Below, one piece after another: positions 13,315 through 26,514 of a stretch of DNA of 64,000 nt (position 1 is the stretch's first letter; every line of letters begins with the position of its first letter). Source of the stretch: Octopus sinensis (taxonomy: Eukaryota). The notes below the pieces were generated by a model, which was not told where the DNA came from, made no database searches, and saw only the letters and a list, made by a program, of their open reading frames with translations. Both the position numbers and the translations under genes were made by a program. The DNA lies in the NCBI RefSeq assembly GCF_006345805.1, contig NC_043014.1:52328001-52392000 (forward strand). The letters run 5' to 3'.

Positions 13315-13562
13315 GGAAGCGCGTGGCTTGGTGGTTAGGGTGTCAGCACCATGATCGTAAGACTGTGGTTTCGATTCCTGGACCGGGTAATGCGTTGTGT
13401 TCTTGAGCAAAACACCTTATTTCACGTTGCTCCAGTTCATTCAGCTGGCAAAAATTAATAACGCTGCGATGGACTGGCGTCCCATCAACCTGGGGAACAC
13501 ATACGTGATAAAAACCAGGAAACCGGGCCCATGAGCTTTAAAGGCTTTAAAAAGGGGCGGTG
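13315..13562 (+). mobile_element. SINE family D-type head with an alternative tail
   Basis: A box tggcttggtggtt, B box ggtttcgattcc, then gttgtgttcttgagcaaaacaccttatttcacgttgctccagttcattcagctg shared with the copies at 36817 and 43395; its 3' part differs from theirs. Confidence 0.8.
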
Positions 13563-14034
13563 TATCAGCAGGGTCGCAGCTCTGAGCTGAAACTAAAAAG
13601 AGGAAAAAAAAAAAAAAAAATGCAATATTTGCCTGAAATGTTATGATGAACTTTATAAAACTAATACATACACCCACACGGTTACTCTTGCGCATATGCT
13701 TACATACGTACACACATAAGCATACACGCTCACATCATATATAATAGAAGCAGAATATCCCGTGACCAGAGACCTTTGATGGTTAAGCCAACACCACTAC
13801 AAGGTATGTTTAGAACAATGATGTCTCCTCCACTTTCACAACTTTATCCAGCGGAATCCTTTCCGATAGATTATCATTTGATTCAAAAATAGTTCTTCAG
13901 GCCGATGCATTGTTAAACCAATAAATCATGAAATTTAAATGAGAATACTTATCTTCGGAAAGTGTCTGCAGAAGGAATCAAAGACTTTTATTTACGAAAC
14001 AAAACCAATGCCATCTCAATACATATTGGAATTG

Positions 14035-14160
14035 TGGTAGCGAGCCGGCAGAATCGTTATTACATCGGACAAAATACTTAGCCGCATTTCTTTCGTTTTT
14101 ACTTTCTGAGTTCAAATTCCTGCAGAGTCGACATTAGTTTCATCCTTTCGGGGGGCGATA
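14035..14160 (+). mobile_element. SINE family B, truncated and diverged
   Basis: ggtagcgagccggcagaatcgtta...gagttcaaattcc...tttcatcctttcgggggcgata. Confidence 0.7.
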
Positions 14161-14341
14161 ATGAATGTTCCCTTGATCACTGTTTATTGCGGTGGGGTGA
14201 TCTTGCAATCAACATGTCTGCATGCTGTTATATAACGTGATACGATAGGCTACACTTTAAGAAAATTCCAAAACGCCCTTCAAATATGCCGACCAAGTAG
14301 CAAAACTGCACCATCTGGAAGTTCTTCATGGCTGATGGCCA

Positions 14342-14386
<45 letters not shown>

Positions 14387-14387
14387 A

Positions 14388-14550
14388 GGCGCAGGAGTGG
14401 CTGTGTGGTACGTAGCTTGCTAACCAGCCACACGGTTCCGGGTTCAGTCCCACTGCGTGGCACCTTGGGCAAGTGTCTTCTGCTATAGCCCCGGGCCGAC
14501 CAATGCCTTGTGAGTGGATTTGTTAGACGGAAACTCAAAAGAAGCATGTC

Positions 14551-14621
<71 letters not shown>

Positions 14622-14814
14622 TGTGTTTGTCCCCCTAGCATTGCTTGACAACCGATGCTAGTGTGTTTACGTCCCCGTCACTTAGCAGTTCGGCAAAAGA
14701 GACCGATAGAATAAGTACTGGGATTGCAAAGAATAAGTCCCGGGGTCGATTTGCTCGACTAAAGGTGGTGCCCCAGCAAGGCCACAGTCAAATGACTGAA
14801 ACAAGTAAAAGAGT
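14388..14814 (+). mobile_element. SINE family A, full length
   Basis: tRNA-like head (tggctgtgtggt...gggttcagtccc), CORE-like ggcaccttgggcaagtgtctt, internal (TA)n(TG)n, tail ending tgactgaaacaagtaaaagag. Confidence 0.93.
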
Positions 14815-14857
14815 ATATATATTATACGAGCACTATCACGACTAGGGTCCCAGTTAT

Positions 14858-14888
<31 letters not shown>

Positions 14889-15682
14889 TGCCATGACCAC
14901 ACACGCACACACACAAATGTGCGTATTTATTGTAGAGTACGTACATTTAATCGGAGAACGCTACGTGCTTATTATTAAAGTATCATGATATCAAAGAAAT
15001 CTTATTCTGAAATGCTACAATGAAATGGCATCGAAAATGACAATAGCTTATCGTTTGCAGTAGCGCTATGAAGAGGTCTTCTGTTGTCTTGTTTGATGTT
15101 AACATTAGTCGTGAAACAAATGTGAAAGGTTAATTCTAAACAGGTTTGTTTCATCTTCCCAAGTACGCTCATTGAATTGATTGATTAATGTAATTGTGCA
15201 ATCATTAAATATAACGAATTTGGTTTCGTAAGATGCAGTACGCGTGCGCAATGAAAGTTTGTTAATATTTTTAATATTATTCTGAAAATTGTTGAATGCA
15301 GAATACATTTTTGATATTTTCGCTATATATTGACGTGACAGCAGGCAGTTTGTAGTGTCCTTATAAATAATTCCGTTTTCTCGCTTTCTGTAAAGTTTCT
15401 TATACACACATATTTAAACACATATTTAAACACATATTCATACTCGTGTGTATACACACCGACAGTAAAGCACGCATTTATATATATACTGTTTTGATGT
15501 ATTTCAAGTTATGTCGGTTGATGTCGGAATAGAGAGTCTTCGTAATCAAATATTAAAGAGCAGTTTCAAGTATTAGAGATATGTAGGTGTATAGAGATAG
15601 GTAAATAGATAAGTTGATAGAATGAAATTATCGTTTCAGACAACACCTTGATAGGGGGTTAACTGACACTGTTCAACATTGG

Positions 15683-16066
15683 TGGAAGCACTCTGTCGGT
15701 TCCGACGACGAGGGTTCCGGTTGATCCGATCAACGGAACAGCCTGCTCGTGAAATTAACGTGTAAGTGGCTGAGCACTCCACAGACACTAGTACCCTTAA
15801 CGCAGTTCTCGGGGATATTCAGCGTGACACAGAGGTTGACAAGGCCGGCCCTTTGAAATACAGGTACAACAGAAACAGGAAGTAAGAGTGAGAGAAAGTT
15901 GTGGTGAAAGAGTACAGCAGGGATCACCACCGTCCCCTGCCGGAGCCTCGTGGAGCTTTTAGGTGTTTTCGCTCAATAAACACTCACAACGCCCGGTCTG
16001 GGAATCGAAACCGCGATCCTACGACCGCGAGTCCGCTGCCCTAACCACTGGGCCATTGCGCCTCCA
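15683..16066 (-). mobile_element. SINE family C (tail 1), full length with TSD
   Basis: Head tggaggcgcaatggcccagtggttagggcagcggactcgcggtcgtaggatcgcggtttcgattccc; direct repeat cactgttcaaca at 15667-15678 and 16065-16076. Confidence 0.93.
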
Positions 16067-16643
16067 CTGTTCAACACTAGTAGATGCGCAAACCTCACAA
16101 AAACATCTCAACACGATGACAAACGAAATGAAAGTAGAAATAATAGGCTGAGAAACGAGGACGGAAAACGAAGGATGAGAAAGAATAAATAAGAAAACGA
16201 AAGAAAATCCTTCTCTTCAACGAGTCCTCTTTTAACAGTCCTTAAGAAGTGGTTTAATCTTCCTAATGGAATCGCACGGTCAGGCCATGCCATCAGACGA
16301 GTACCACTCACGTACTAATATCATAGCAGTTACGTATTCCTATTGATAATGACCAATATATTCACTGAATAAGTAAGTGAAACGCTTTAGAACGAATGTG
16401 CAAGTGTTGTTTACAAAAATTAATTTCTGTATGGCGCGAGATATATATTGAATCAAAGAAATGGTACCACAAATAGAGCAGCCTGGAACGATGCCGACTG
16501 AGAACTTAAGTGAGAATAAAGTAGCGGTAGAGATTTGGATAGCCAAGACGCACGTTATTAAAAAGTTTTAATTCTCACACACAGCTTTATAAACATGTGC
16601 GCGTGTTCGTATAGATATGAAAAAAAAAATGTAGGTCTTTATA

Positions 16644-17040
16644 TCTTTATATATAAAAGTGTGGTTGTGTGCTGTCTGTCTCCTACGATTTAGATTCCTA
16701 ACTACTCCCACATTTTGCGGTGCAGTCTAACCAAAACCGGGTATCTTATAGTCGTGATTCATATCGAGCCCTTCTGGGTATTAGCGCGCGTCTACGAAGA
16801 GTCTACGATTTAAAAAAAAAATTACCATCAATTTTTCCCATTTTTAATGCATTTTTTCGCTATTATATAAGGGAAGTAACTCTCTAAAAATTTATTAAAT
16901 CTCAGAGCGTAAAAAGCTACAGTAACCCACCCCCCTTTGTGGTTAGCCATATTGAGATGGCTATTATACTTAACATCTCTAAAAATGCTTACATAGTTAT
17001 TTCCCTTACAAACTCGTGCAACGCCGGGTGATACTGCTAG
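16644..17040 (+). mobile_element. Non-autonomous Helitron
   Basis: 5' TC (tctttatatataaaag), 3' CTAG preceded by a decayed subterminal hairpin (ctcgtgcaacgccggg), inserted between A and T with no TSD; same family as 30542-30899. Confidence 0.85.
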
Positions 17041-17199
17041 TCTATATATATTTTAGACTATTTCTAATATTATTTCCGTATGTTCACAATCGAGGAATGA
17101 AAATAAAGAAGTAAACCCTTCTTTTTTTTATGACCGCATGATTGAATTTTGGCTTTATTGTCGTTACAGAACAAATGAGAGTGGGACTCAAGGAATGTG

Positions 17200-18254
17200 T
17201 TAGATTGTACTTTTACTGAGTGATGACACCCCGTACATGGTAATCAATGGAGTTGCAGTCTGGGGAGTTAGGTCGCCAAATGTTAAAGGTGATGTCGTCG
17301 CAGACATTCTCCGACAGCCACGAGTGGGTTCTCCTGCTTGTGTGACATGGTGCAGAGTCCTGTTACCAGACATAGGTTCTTCCACTAGCCACCCTTTTGA
17401 TCCAGTATTACCACCTCCAGGTACATAATGTAGGCCTCCGTGGTGAGTCTGATGTGGTGTGGGAAGATGAATGGAGGCAAAACGACGCCATCACAAGAGA
17501 TCACTCGATTATGTTCACTGGATGTTTGATTTTTATCAATCTCGGTATATGTTAGGGGACACGGCGAGCCAACGGTTGTTCTGTGTGTTCAGTATCGATC
17601 CTGACAGAAAAAAAATCTCATCTGGAAAAATACCAAAGCATGTTTGGTTGGAGGGGATGCTTCAGTTTGTTTAAAATCTTCGTAACGCGATCTTTCCTCT
17701 TATCCTTCACGGTTTGGTATAAAACCTGGCCCTTTGATATCTTGTATGAGGGATACCGAATGTCTTCATGCACTATCTGCTCGATAGCAAACTCAGACAC
17801 GCCCAGGCCCTGGTGATGGAACCGATTGACTAGGAGGGATCATTGTCAATCATGGCCTGGATCACACCCACAAATTCAGGAGTTCCTTTCTCATCAGAAC
17901 GGTCAGAGTGAGTTATCCAATCTGTCGTACCTTTGTAATCATCATTACACTTATCCAATTCTGTCTGAATCTTCTGCACCGCGCTCAGATTGGCACTCAT
18001 ACACTCTGAAATGTTCCTATTGGAGATTTCGACGCAAATGCCAAGCAGTATAACATGTCGTTTCCAAATTTCTGGCAGAGTGAATTTTGTCATAGTGTTT
18101 TTATTTATTTTGTATCACAAACAGTGCCCAGCAGATCCTACTATACTGTATACTCGAAAAAAATAATAACAAGACGCATGCGAAAAGTAAGAAATATAAA
18201 ATGGTGACAGTTTACCCATCGCACGTTGTATAAATTTCCATCGCAAGTTGTATA

Positions 18255-18255
<1 letters not shown>
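17200..18255 (-). pseudogene. Tc1/mariner superfamily DD37D (maT-type) transposase pseudogene with 5' terminal sequence
   Basis: Frameshifted minus frames: MTKFTLPEIWKRHVILLG...TPEFV...IVHEDIRYPSYK...LNKLKHPLQPNMLWYF...YVW*QDSAPCHTSRRTHSWLSENVCDDITFNIWRPNSPDCNSIDY. I count 37 residues between the second and third catalytic D. TIR-like tacaacgtgcgatgggtaaactgtcacc near 18203-18230; 3' end truncated. Confidence 0.9.
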
Positions 18256-18313
<58 letters not shown>

Positions 18314-19083
18314 GAGAAAGAGAGAGACAGACTGACAGGCAGACAGACAACCAGATGAAGAGTGACACATAAAAACATACGTTTATAAATTAAATATTTC
18401 GATTATGATTTTGATGCGATTCGGTATATAAAAATTCGTGAAAGCGCTCAACGCACAAAACAAACGTGAAATATCATTGATTCGCAAGACGCCATTTGGG
18501 AAATAATCTAAATAAAACTATATGTAATACAAGTTACTTTTAAGCTTATTAATCCAGTTAAAGTTTTTAAATTTCTCACAAAAATAATTATGCATTGAAA
18601 GACGTTGATCAATACACGATTTTCGAGTTCTATGAAATACCATTGAGAGAGATAAAATTAATTCTTTCAATGGTTCGATGTAGAAATATTTTTTCCTATT
18701 ATTTCTTTTCTTACTGTCACATATAATAATGCAATGATTACAACCGTGAGAAAAAAAATATATATAAGAAGCTGGATTATCGTGTCGCGACTTCTATCTA
18801 ATAGTGAAAGATTTAGTTAGAGTGATTGGATTTTTGTCAGACAATCTGAGTACCGTTAAATAATTTTAAAAAGGTAATTAAATATTACCTCCGGAGAATT
18901 GTTATAAAGATTCCGCATAAAAAATTGATTTAGTTTAAACAGATTCTTTTTATTTTGTTATTTATTGAACTGAAAGCGACGATATTTTATGACATATGCT
19001 TCTCTTTCGATTAAAACATCCGTATCAGTCATCGTTTGTGTATACTTATTAAAACACACCCTTTTGAGATATATATATATGTG

Positions 19084-19351
19084 TGGAGGCGCAATAGCCT
19101 AGTGGTTAGGGCAGCGGACTCCGGGCGTTGTGTGTGTTTATTGAGCGAAAACACCTAAAAGCTCCACGAGTCTCCGGCAGGGGGGGGGGGTGATCCCTGC
19201 TGTACTCTTTCACCACTCTTTCTCCCACACTTTCTTCTGTTGGCCTGCTCGCTTAGCCAGCGGGGTGGCGTCATTCGAAGGCTAAAACAATGCGAACGCA
19301 TTGTGACCAGCGATGTGTAACAACATCTGATGGTCTGGTCGGTCACGTGAT

Positions 19352-19358
<7 letters not shown>
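19084..19358 (+). mobile_element. SINE family C head (internal deletion) with tail 2
   Basis: tggaggcgcaatagcctagtggttagggcagcggactc..., then ctgttggcctgctcgcttagccagcggggtggcgtcattcgaaggc...tggtcggtcacgtgatcacgtga; flanked by (TA)n. Confidence 0.88.
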
Positions 19359-19384
<26 letters not shown>

Positions 19385-19595
19385 ATTGATCCAAACAAGA
19401 TCAAAGAGAAAACACAACAACGCGAGGACGTGGAACAAGTATAGTGTTATTGGACGCTCAGTAAAGGAAAGACAGAAGGAGGATTTAAACGTTCGAGTGG
19501 AGCTCTTCGTCAGAAACATAGAAAAAAAAAGGTCCAAGGAAGGGAAGACGGAGAAAGAAAATCGCCAACGATACACACGCGCTCACATATTGAAA
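19385..19595 (-). mobile_element. Short (TA)n-flanked repeat carrying a degenerate minimal hammerhead (19483-19517)
   Basis: Minus strand: GUUU-CUGACGA-A-GAGc-ucc-aCUC-GAA(-)CGUU-uaaa. Same layout as 45070-45250 and 26990-27120 (gtattagtataacgctc...acgtttcgagc). Confidence 0.55.
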
Positions 19596-19611
19596 TATAA
19601 TATATATATAT

Positions 19612-19648
<37 letters not shown>

Positions 19649-19670
19649 CAAAAGGATGTGTTATAATACT

Positions 19671-20060
19671 GGATGGATGGAAGCACTCCGTCAGTTACGA
19701 CGACGAGGGTTCCGGTTGATTCGATAAACGGAACAGCCTGCTTGTGAAATTAACGTGTAAGTGGCTGAGTACTCCACAGACACGTGTACCCTTAACGTAG
19801 TTCTCGGGGATATTCAGCGTGACACAGAGAGTGACAAGGCCGGTCCTTTGAAATACAGGTACAACAGAAACAGGAAGTAAGAGTGAGAGAAAGTTTTGGT
19901 GAAAGAGTACAGCAGGGATCACCACCATCACCTGCCGGAGCCTCGTGGAGCTTTAGGTGTTTTCGCTCAATAAACACTCAGAACACCCGGTCTGGGAATC
20001 GAAACCGCGATCCTACGACCGCGAGTCCGCTGCCCTAACCACTGGGCCATTGCGCCTCCA
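19671..20060 (-). mobile_element. SINE family C (tail 1), full length with TSD
   Basis: Near-identical to 15683-16066; short (TCCA)n tail; TSD gttataatact at 19660-19670 and 20062-20072. Confidence 0.93.
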
Positions 20061-20849
20061 CGTTATAATACTATTCCATATATGTAACATCAGTCATGCC
20101 AATAATCCAGCGTACATCTATCATCAGCTACCCCGCAGATATCAGTTTATCCCGCAGATAGTAGTTTATCCAGCAATTACAGGTCTAGAAGAAAGAAAAT
20201 GAAGTCGAAAATGCACACGAAATAAATTAAAATATATTTGCATTTTAAAATATAGCAATACACTCCACCATTTCACAAGGTTTTTGAAAAGGTGTTGTGT
20301 CTCAAATTCTGGTCGTTTTTTTTTTTTCATAAGAATAGCTTGCTTTTGAGGTAGGAATCTGGCTCAGGATGCTCTCCATTAACGCACAAATTGATTCGTC
20401 AGCGTCCATGTGTTAGGCTTCGTGGCAGTCGCACGAGTGTGTTTTTGTGCGTACGTGTGCGTGTGTGTGTGTGTGTGTGTGCACACACATAGACAAACAA
20501 GTGGTGTGACCAGAGTTAAGAAACACCGAAATACCAATTGAAATTTCATTTAAACCCTCCCCTCTATCTCTTACCCTCTAATAAAATGGACGTGTCTAAC
20601 ACGCTCACGAAACAAAGCCTTGTGGAGGTGAGTCAAAGGAGTTATGAAATACATATTACTCCAACCAGTTCTAGATTGTGTAGTTTCGTATTTTCGTTTG
20701 TTCTCTCATTTGTGTATGTGTGAGATTCCATATTTTATGTTGTTTTATTTATTATTTTTATATTATACTATATATGAGAGAGCCAGGAATAAAAAGCGAA
20801 AGCTAGAATAGAGAAATAAGTTAGTATTTTTTTGATATTGTAAACAATA

Positions 20850-21026
20850 GGCGCAGGAGTGGGTGTGTGGTAAGTAGCTTGCTTGCTAACCAACCACATG
20901 GTTGCGGGTTCAGTCCCACTGTGTGGCACCTTGGGCAAGTGTCTTCTGCTATAGCGCCGGGCCGACCAATGCCTTGTGAGTGGATTTGGTAGTCGGAAAC
21001 TGAAAGAAACCTGTCGTATATATGTA

Positions 21027-21072
<46 letters not shown>

Positions 21073-21306
21073 CGTGTTTGTGTCTGTGTGTGTGCGTGTT
21101 TGTGTGTCTGTGTTTGTCCCCCTAGCATTGCTTGACAACCGATGCTGGTGTGTTTACGTCCCCGTCACTTAGCGGTTCGGCAAAAGAGACCGATAGAATA
21201 AGTACTGGGCTTACAAAAGAATAAGTCCCGGGGTCGATTTGCTCGACTAAAGGCGGTGCTCCAGCATGACGGCAGTCAAATGATTGAAACAAGTAAAAGA
21301 GAGTAA
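20850..21306 (+). mobile_element. SINE family A, full length
   Basis: Same head, internal (TA)n(TG)n and tail as 14388-14814. Confidence 0.93.
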
Positions 21307-22351
21307 ATTAGTCACTCTTGAGTGTAAAGTTTTAACAGCTTGCTGTATTTATTCACTGTAAATGAGAAAAACAATTAAGGTGTTATTATTATTATTATTA
21401 TTATTATACAATAATTTAAGTGGCGATGATATAAGCGTACCTATAAGAATCATTAATCGTTACATCTCGCAACAACGTAAAGGCTTAATGCTACTTGTGG
21501 ACTGATTGAATCTTCAAATGAAATTTTCACCATTAAGTTTGATCATACAGTCTCTCGATAATATCAACAGCAGTGTTCCCTAACTTCGATGTGCTGCTCC
21601 TAATATATATATCATCACAGGGAGCATCACCATCTCTCCTAATCTCATTTACTCGATCATTACGTTTAAATGCTTCAGCATCTCACGCTTCTAATTTGAT
21701 CAGCAGGAAACAATGCTCTAATGCTATTCCTCGTAATGAGATGACAGTTGTGTCCAGATTACGTCACAAAGTTTGCAATTTCCGGTTGTGAAAGCATTAT
21801 CATCTCCTATAAGGCCCTTAATAATAGAGATGAGATTCTGCTCATTGATGGTACGTGTATAATCAAGGGTACGCCAATTTGACGTTGTGTTAATACACGT
21901 AGCCTTTGTAATCTATTACAATGAGGAATAATGTGATAGTTAAGTAAGAGTCAGCCCAAAAACGATTCCAGTATTACTCTATGAAAGCTGAAGGTCTTTA
22001 AATACAGGTTAATTACAGGTGGGGTGTGATATACTGTCCCATTTGATAGTAGGGATTATAGCATTATCTTATAAGCAATGCAACCCATTATATTTGAAGA
22101 GCGTATTATGTGATTCTGAAATCCTTGCATGTTGACATAACAAAACCTTTGGTACATCTCTTGGAAGCAAAACATGTTTTAAGGTATAAATTAGATAAAT
22201 GTTAAACAACAGGAAATTATGAATTACTGTCAGTGCCAACCCAGTCTATTAACAAGGATTCTTTCCTTTTGAACGGAGCTTCCTGGTCAAAATATCGGGA
22301 TCACGAATGCGGATTTTGTTAAAGGTAATTTTAAAGTATAATTTTACAGAG

Positions 22352-22584
22352 GGCGGCGAGCTGGCAGAATCTTTAGCACGCCGGGCGAAATGCGTAGCCA
22401 TATTTCGCATACCGCTACGTTCTGAGTTCAAATTCCGCCGAGGTCGACTTTGTCTTTCATCCTTTCGGGGTCGATCAATTCAGTACCAGTTCCACACTGG
22501 GGTCGATATAATCGACTTAATCCGTGTGTCTGTCCTTGCTTGTCCTCTCTGGGTTTAGCCCCTTGTGGGTAGTAAAGAAATAGG
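22352..22584 (+). mobile_element. SINE family B, full length with TSD
   Basis: ggcggcgagctggcagaatc...gagttcaaattccgccgaggtcgactttgtctttcatcctttcggggtcgat...agtaaagaaatagg; TSD taattttacag at 22339-22349 and 22585-22595. Confidence 0.92.
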
Positions 22585-24177
22585 TAATTTTACAGTATAA
22601 ATTAAAGGTAGTTATGGAGCTAATTATTTATATTACCTGTAACGCAGTCGTCTTGATTCAGCTTGCCGTCATGTGAAGCAATCATGTCACACCGATCGTC
22701 ATTGTATAATATTCTGAATAGTTTTTACAACGTAGGGTGTTTCCACGTGAATGATAATCAATGTTTAACTATTTCCCAATAATATCTCCCACTTAAAACT
22801 ATTGCTCCAGGTATTCTTTATTCCGGATGTACTAACACCATGCACAGCAGAGGTGATTAATACCATGCTATTTATATTTATTCAATGCCACACACACCCA
22901 GGGTCATCCAAAGAATTTGATGTAACCAGGATATGACATCAAATCGAACGATTCTCATGAACAACGCATTAAATATTGACCTAAGGAAGTGATAAATTTC
23001 GACGTTGCTCCTGTGATATTTCTTTCAGTCTTTAAGTAAATAAAAATTTCAGAAATTAATCGAACCATTTCGGTTCGATATTGAAATTTCGAAATTTTCA
23101 AATTTTCAAGGTACTTTATTTTGATATCGTCATCGTTTAATTTAACTTGTCACTAATTACATTAAAATCTATATAGAATGAATGCATTCACTTACCTAGT
23201 ATAATTGCCCCATAATGAAACTTGTCTTATTTATTTTCATAGCTTAAGAATGTTTGATACTGATCGATCTTATTACAAATAACATTTCATAGAACACTGT
23301 AGAACATTTTTTTTTAATATCCATGAGATTTTGAGGAAAGACCTAATTTAGACCACTAGGAAACAAAAACGTTTTTATCTGAGAAGTAGGGACTGTTTCA
23401 GGCGTATTGGCATTAAAGTAATAATCAAATATTCCTCTCCCCAGAGCGATTCAGTACCTTCTAGTTCTGATAATCGTATCGCCTTCATATATTCTTTGAA
23501 AATAGTTATTTTCTCCGTTAAATTGGAACATTTTCTGTTGTTGAATAAAAGTCAAAATTGTCGAAATTTGATATCAATGACTAAAAACTATTATGGGACT
23601 CTCAATGAGGAACCTCCTACCATGATTCTACGTTCTGTACCACTGCGTAGCAACTTGGCCAAATGCTTTCCACATCAGCCTCGGGCCGACCAAGCCCTCT
23701 TGAGTGGATTTGGTTGGCGGAGAGCAAAAGAAATCACTCGTCATCTGAATCCACGGTTGCATACTAGATCATACCATTTCAGTATTTATTAATAGCTCCC
23801 CCATATACCTTTGCACTATCAGACCCGTCCTGCTTCAGTATTCGCATTTTTACTTGAAACTGTATCTCTTACATTTACTGCACATACAAGTAGCCATATT
23901 CAATGAAGTACTGAACTGACGCTACTCATAATTCTCTTCTAATAAGCTTTATTGATATCCAACCAAGATAGCGCTTTTCATATAAACACTGTCACAACGG
24001 GAACATCGTAAATATCCTTCAATATCGTCAAGATGATATTCTGGTCGTCAGCAGCTTAAACACACTCGCACGACACATATCAGGAAAACGTTAATTGACA
24101 TACCAACAACACAGAATCGTAAAACTAACTACAAATGCTAGAACTCATTAACGGACAATTTTCTTCCTAGCAATTCT

Positions 24178-24665
24178 CTATTTCTTTCCTACCCACAAGG
24201 GGCTAAACACAGAGGGGACAAACAAGGACAGACAAACGTATTAAGTCGGTTACATCGAAAGGATGAAAGGCAAAGTCGACCTCAGAACGTAACAGCGGAA
24301 GAAATACCTATTTCTTTATTACCCACAAGGGGCTAAACACAGAGGGGACAAACAAGGACAAACGTATTAAGTCGGTTACATCGAAAGGATGAAAGGCAAA
24401 GTCGACCCCAGAACGTAACAGCGGAAGAAATACCTATTTCTTTATTACCCTCAAGGGGCTAAACACAGAGGGGACAAACAAGGACAGACATAGGTATTAA
24501 GTCGATTACATCGACCCCAGTGCGTAACTGGTACTTAATTTATCGACCCCGAAAGGATGAAAGGCAAAGTCGACCTCGGCGGAATTTGAACTCAGAACGC
24601 AACAGCGGAAGAAATACCACTAAGCATTTCGCCCGGCGTGCTAACGTTTCTGCAAGCTCACCACC
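24178..24665 (-). mobile_element. SINE family B followed by two internally deleted tandem copies (periods ~126 and ~130 bp)
   Basis: ctatttctttNNtacccNcaaggggctaaacacagaggggacaaacaaggaca recurs at 24178, 24308 and 24434; only the last extends to the head at ~24665. Confidence 0.9.
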
Positions 24666-25852
24666 TAGCTATTACCCATTAGCAGTTTCACAGATAAATG
24701 AGTATACTTCAGACCACTTTATCTACTAACCCTCAACAAAGCGTCTGAAAAACAGTGAAGGAGTTCCCTGATACCTAGGACGTCATTTTTGCTACAAATA
24801 GAGCCACCATCAGCCGTGTCCAAATAGGCCAAGAACCTGATTTTCATAAAGTAAATAAAATATACTCACTCAGCCGCTATTTACAGATGCTCCCTATTCT
24901 CTCCCTCTCTCCATCTGACTCCTGTGGTCACCTTAGCTAACTATTCGCCTCGACCCTGCCAGATAAGTTTGTTTATATTTTTGCTCTGTCTCCACTCGAG
25001 TAGCCACGATACACATGTCCATTTTCTTGAATCATTTCGTGTCCACTCAATCTATATTAACCACGTGTATTTCTCCATTCGCAGAATGACGGTCCTAACA
25101 CTTTCTTATTCTTGCGTTGCTGCAGACATTAAACTTTTCTTTGTACGAACAATAATTGTATAAATTTCATTAATCTCTAGACATCAAGGGAGGTTTTGGA
25201 GATATTTTTCAATTGAAGATCCTTTCTACTCTGTGTATGTGTCTGGTACATGTATAGAATGATTAAATCTCAGCAATTTGTCTTCGTTATTTTAGTCATT
25301 TTAAGGATATTAAAACAGATCAAAATCCACCAAGGAAATAGCTGCAAACATGCTTTCTGTCAAACATGGCCGGGCGATTCTAGAAAATTCTTGTTAGTTC
25401 GTTAATGACGAACTTTAAATCTCCAAAGTTTTGAAATATTTACCTGTATTTTATTAAAACAAATGACCTAACTGATGAGCGTTAAAGACATTTCCTTAAT
25501 ATCAGTTGTACATGTATTTCACAGAAATGAATTTGGTATTTCCTTTGAGTGTTCTCGTTCATCATCGCCCCTCAATTTATTTGTTGGATATTTCAGCACG
25601 ATAGACGACAAACAAGTGTCCTCCTATGTGGAACCAACCAATATAGAGATTGTGTCAATTTCTATTTCTGTAAGTTTAATGTATATTTAATGTAAATCCT
25701 AAAAGCTTAGAATATTAATTACTTTGGATTGAAAAGATCCAGCTCTAGATAAATAGCATTTTTATACTTTACCAGCGTTAAGGGCACTTTGAAACAAAAA
25801 AGAATTCAACCGAATAAAGTCATAACGCTATTAATTTCTTTTACTAATGAAA

Positions 25853-25937
25853 ATAGATAGATACAGACAGACAGACCGACATAGCCAGACACAGACAGAC
25901 CGACATAGATAGACAGATACAGACAGACCGACAGAGG

Positions 25938-25984
<47 letters not shown>

Positions 25985-26098
25985 GTAGCTAGGTAGAGAT
26001 ATACGTAGGTAGATAGATCGATCGATAGATATGTAGATAGATAGATAGATAGATAGATGGTTACAGACAGACTGGCAGAGATAGATACATAGATAAAT
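25853..26098. repeat. (GATA)/(GACA)n microsatellite
   Basis: Direct reading. Confidence 0.95.
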
Positions 26099-26514
26099 AT
26101 ATGTGCGGATGCCGGACGAATAGATTGAGGGGAAGAGAGAGGGGAGAGAGAGATAACTAGATGAATTCTGGTGAGACGATTGCGTCCCTTGTCAGGGGCA
26201 AAAATAGCCAATCAGTCATTATTTAATTTTTTATGCGCAGTTGTCTCTGTAATTACCTCTTTTATAAACACACAATCGGATTCAACTCTCTCTTTCTCGC
26301 TTTTTTTCTCTTTTTTCTCCCTTGTGTACGTGTGTGTGTACGTGTTTATCTGTCTTTTTTTGTGCGTTTGTGTGTGGCTACATAAAAAGATATATACGTT
26401 CGGCTATGCGAATGGATTTACTCAGGAGAATGTTTTCCCATAATTAACCGCGATACTAGTAATGCCGTAACTTCACCGACTAAATACGGCACAGTCTAAA
26501 GCCTCTGTGTAGTA

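Noticed and set aside
14388-14460. SINE heads as functional tRNA genes
   Set aside because: They have A/B boxes but no complete cloverleaf, and they always continue into SINE bodies.
15730-16151. Recurrent similar ORFs (MVIPAVLFHHNF..., YDRLLSVSVYQIHSQG..., MFSLNKHS...) as a gene family
   Set aside because: They are frames through SINE copies, not genes.
22637-22713. Minus-strand 77-nt candidate exon (ILYNDDRCDMIASHDGKLNQDDCVT)
   Set aside because: Weak polypyrimidine tract, no recognisable homology and no phase-compatible neighbour found.
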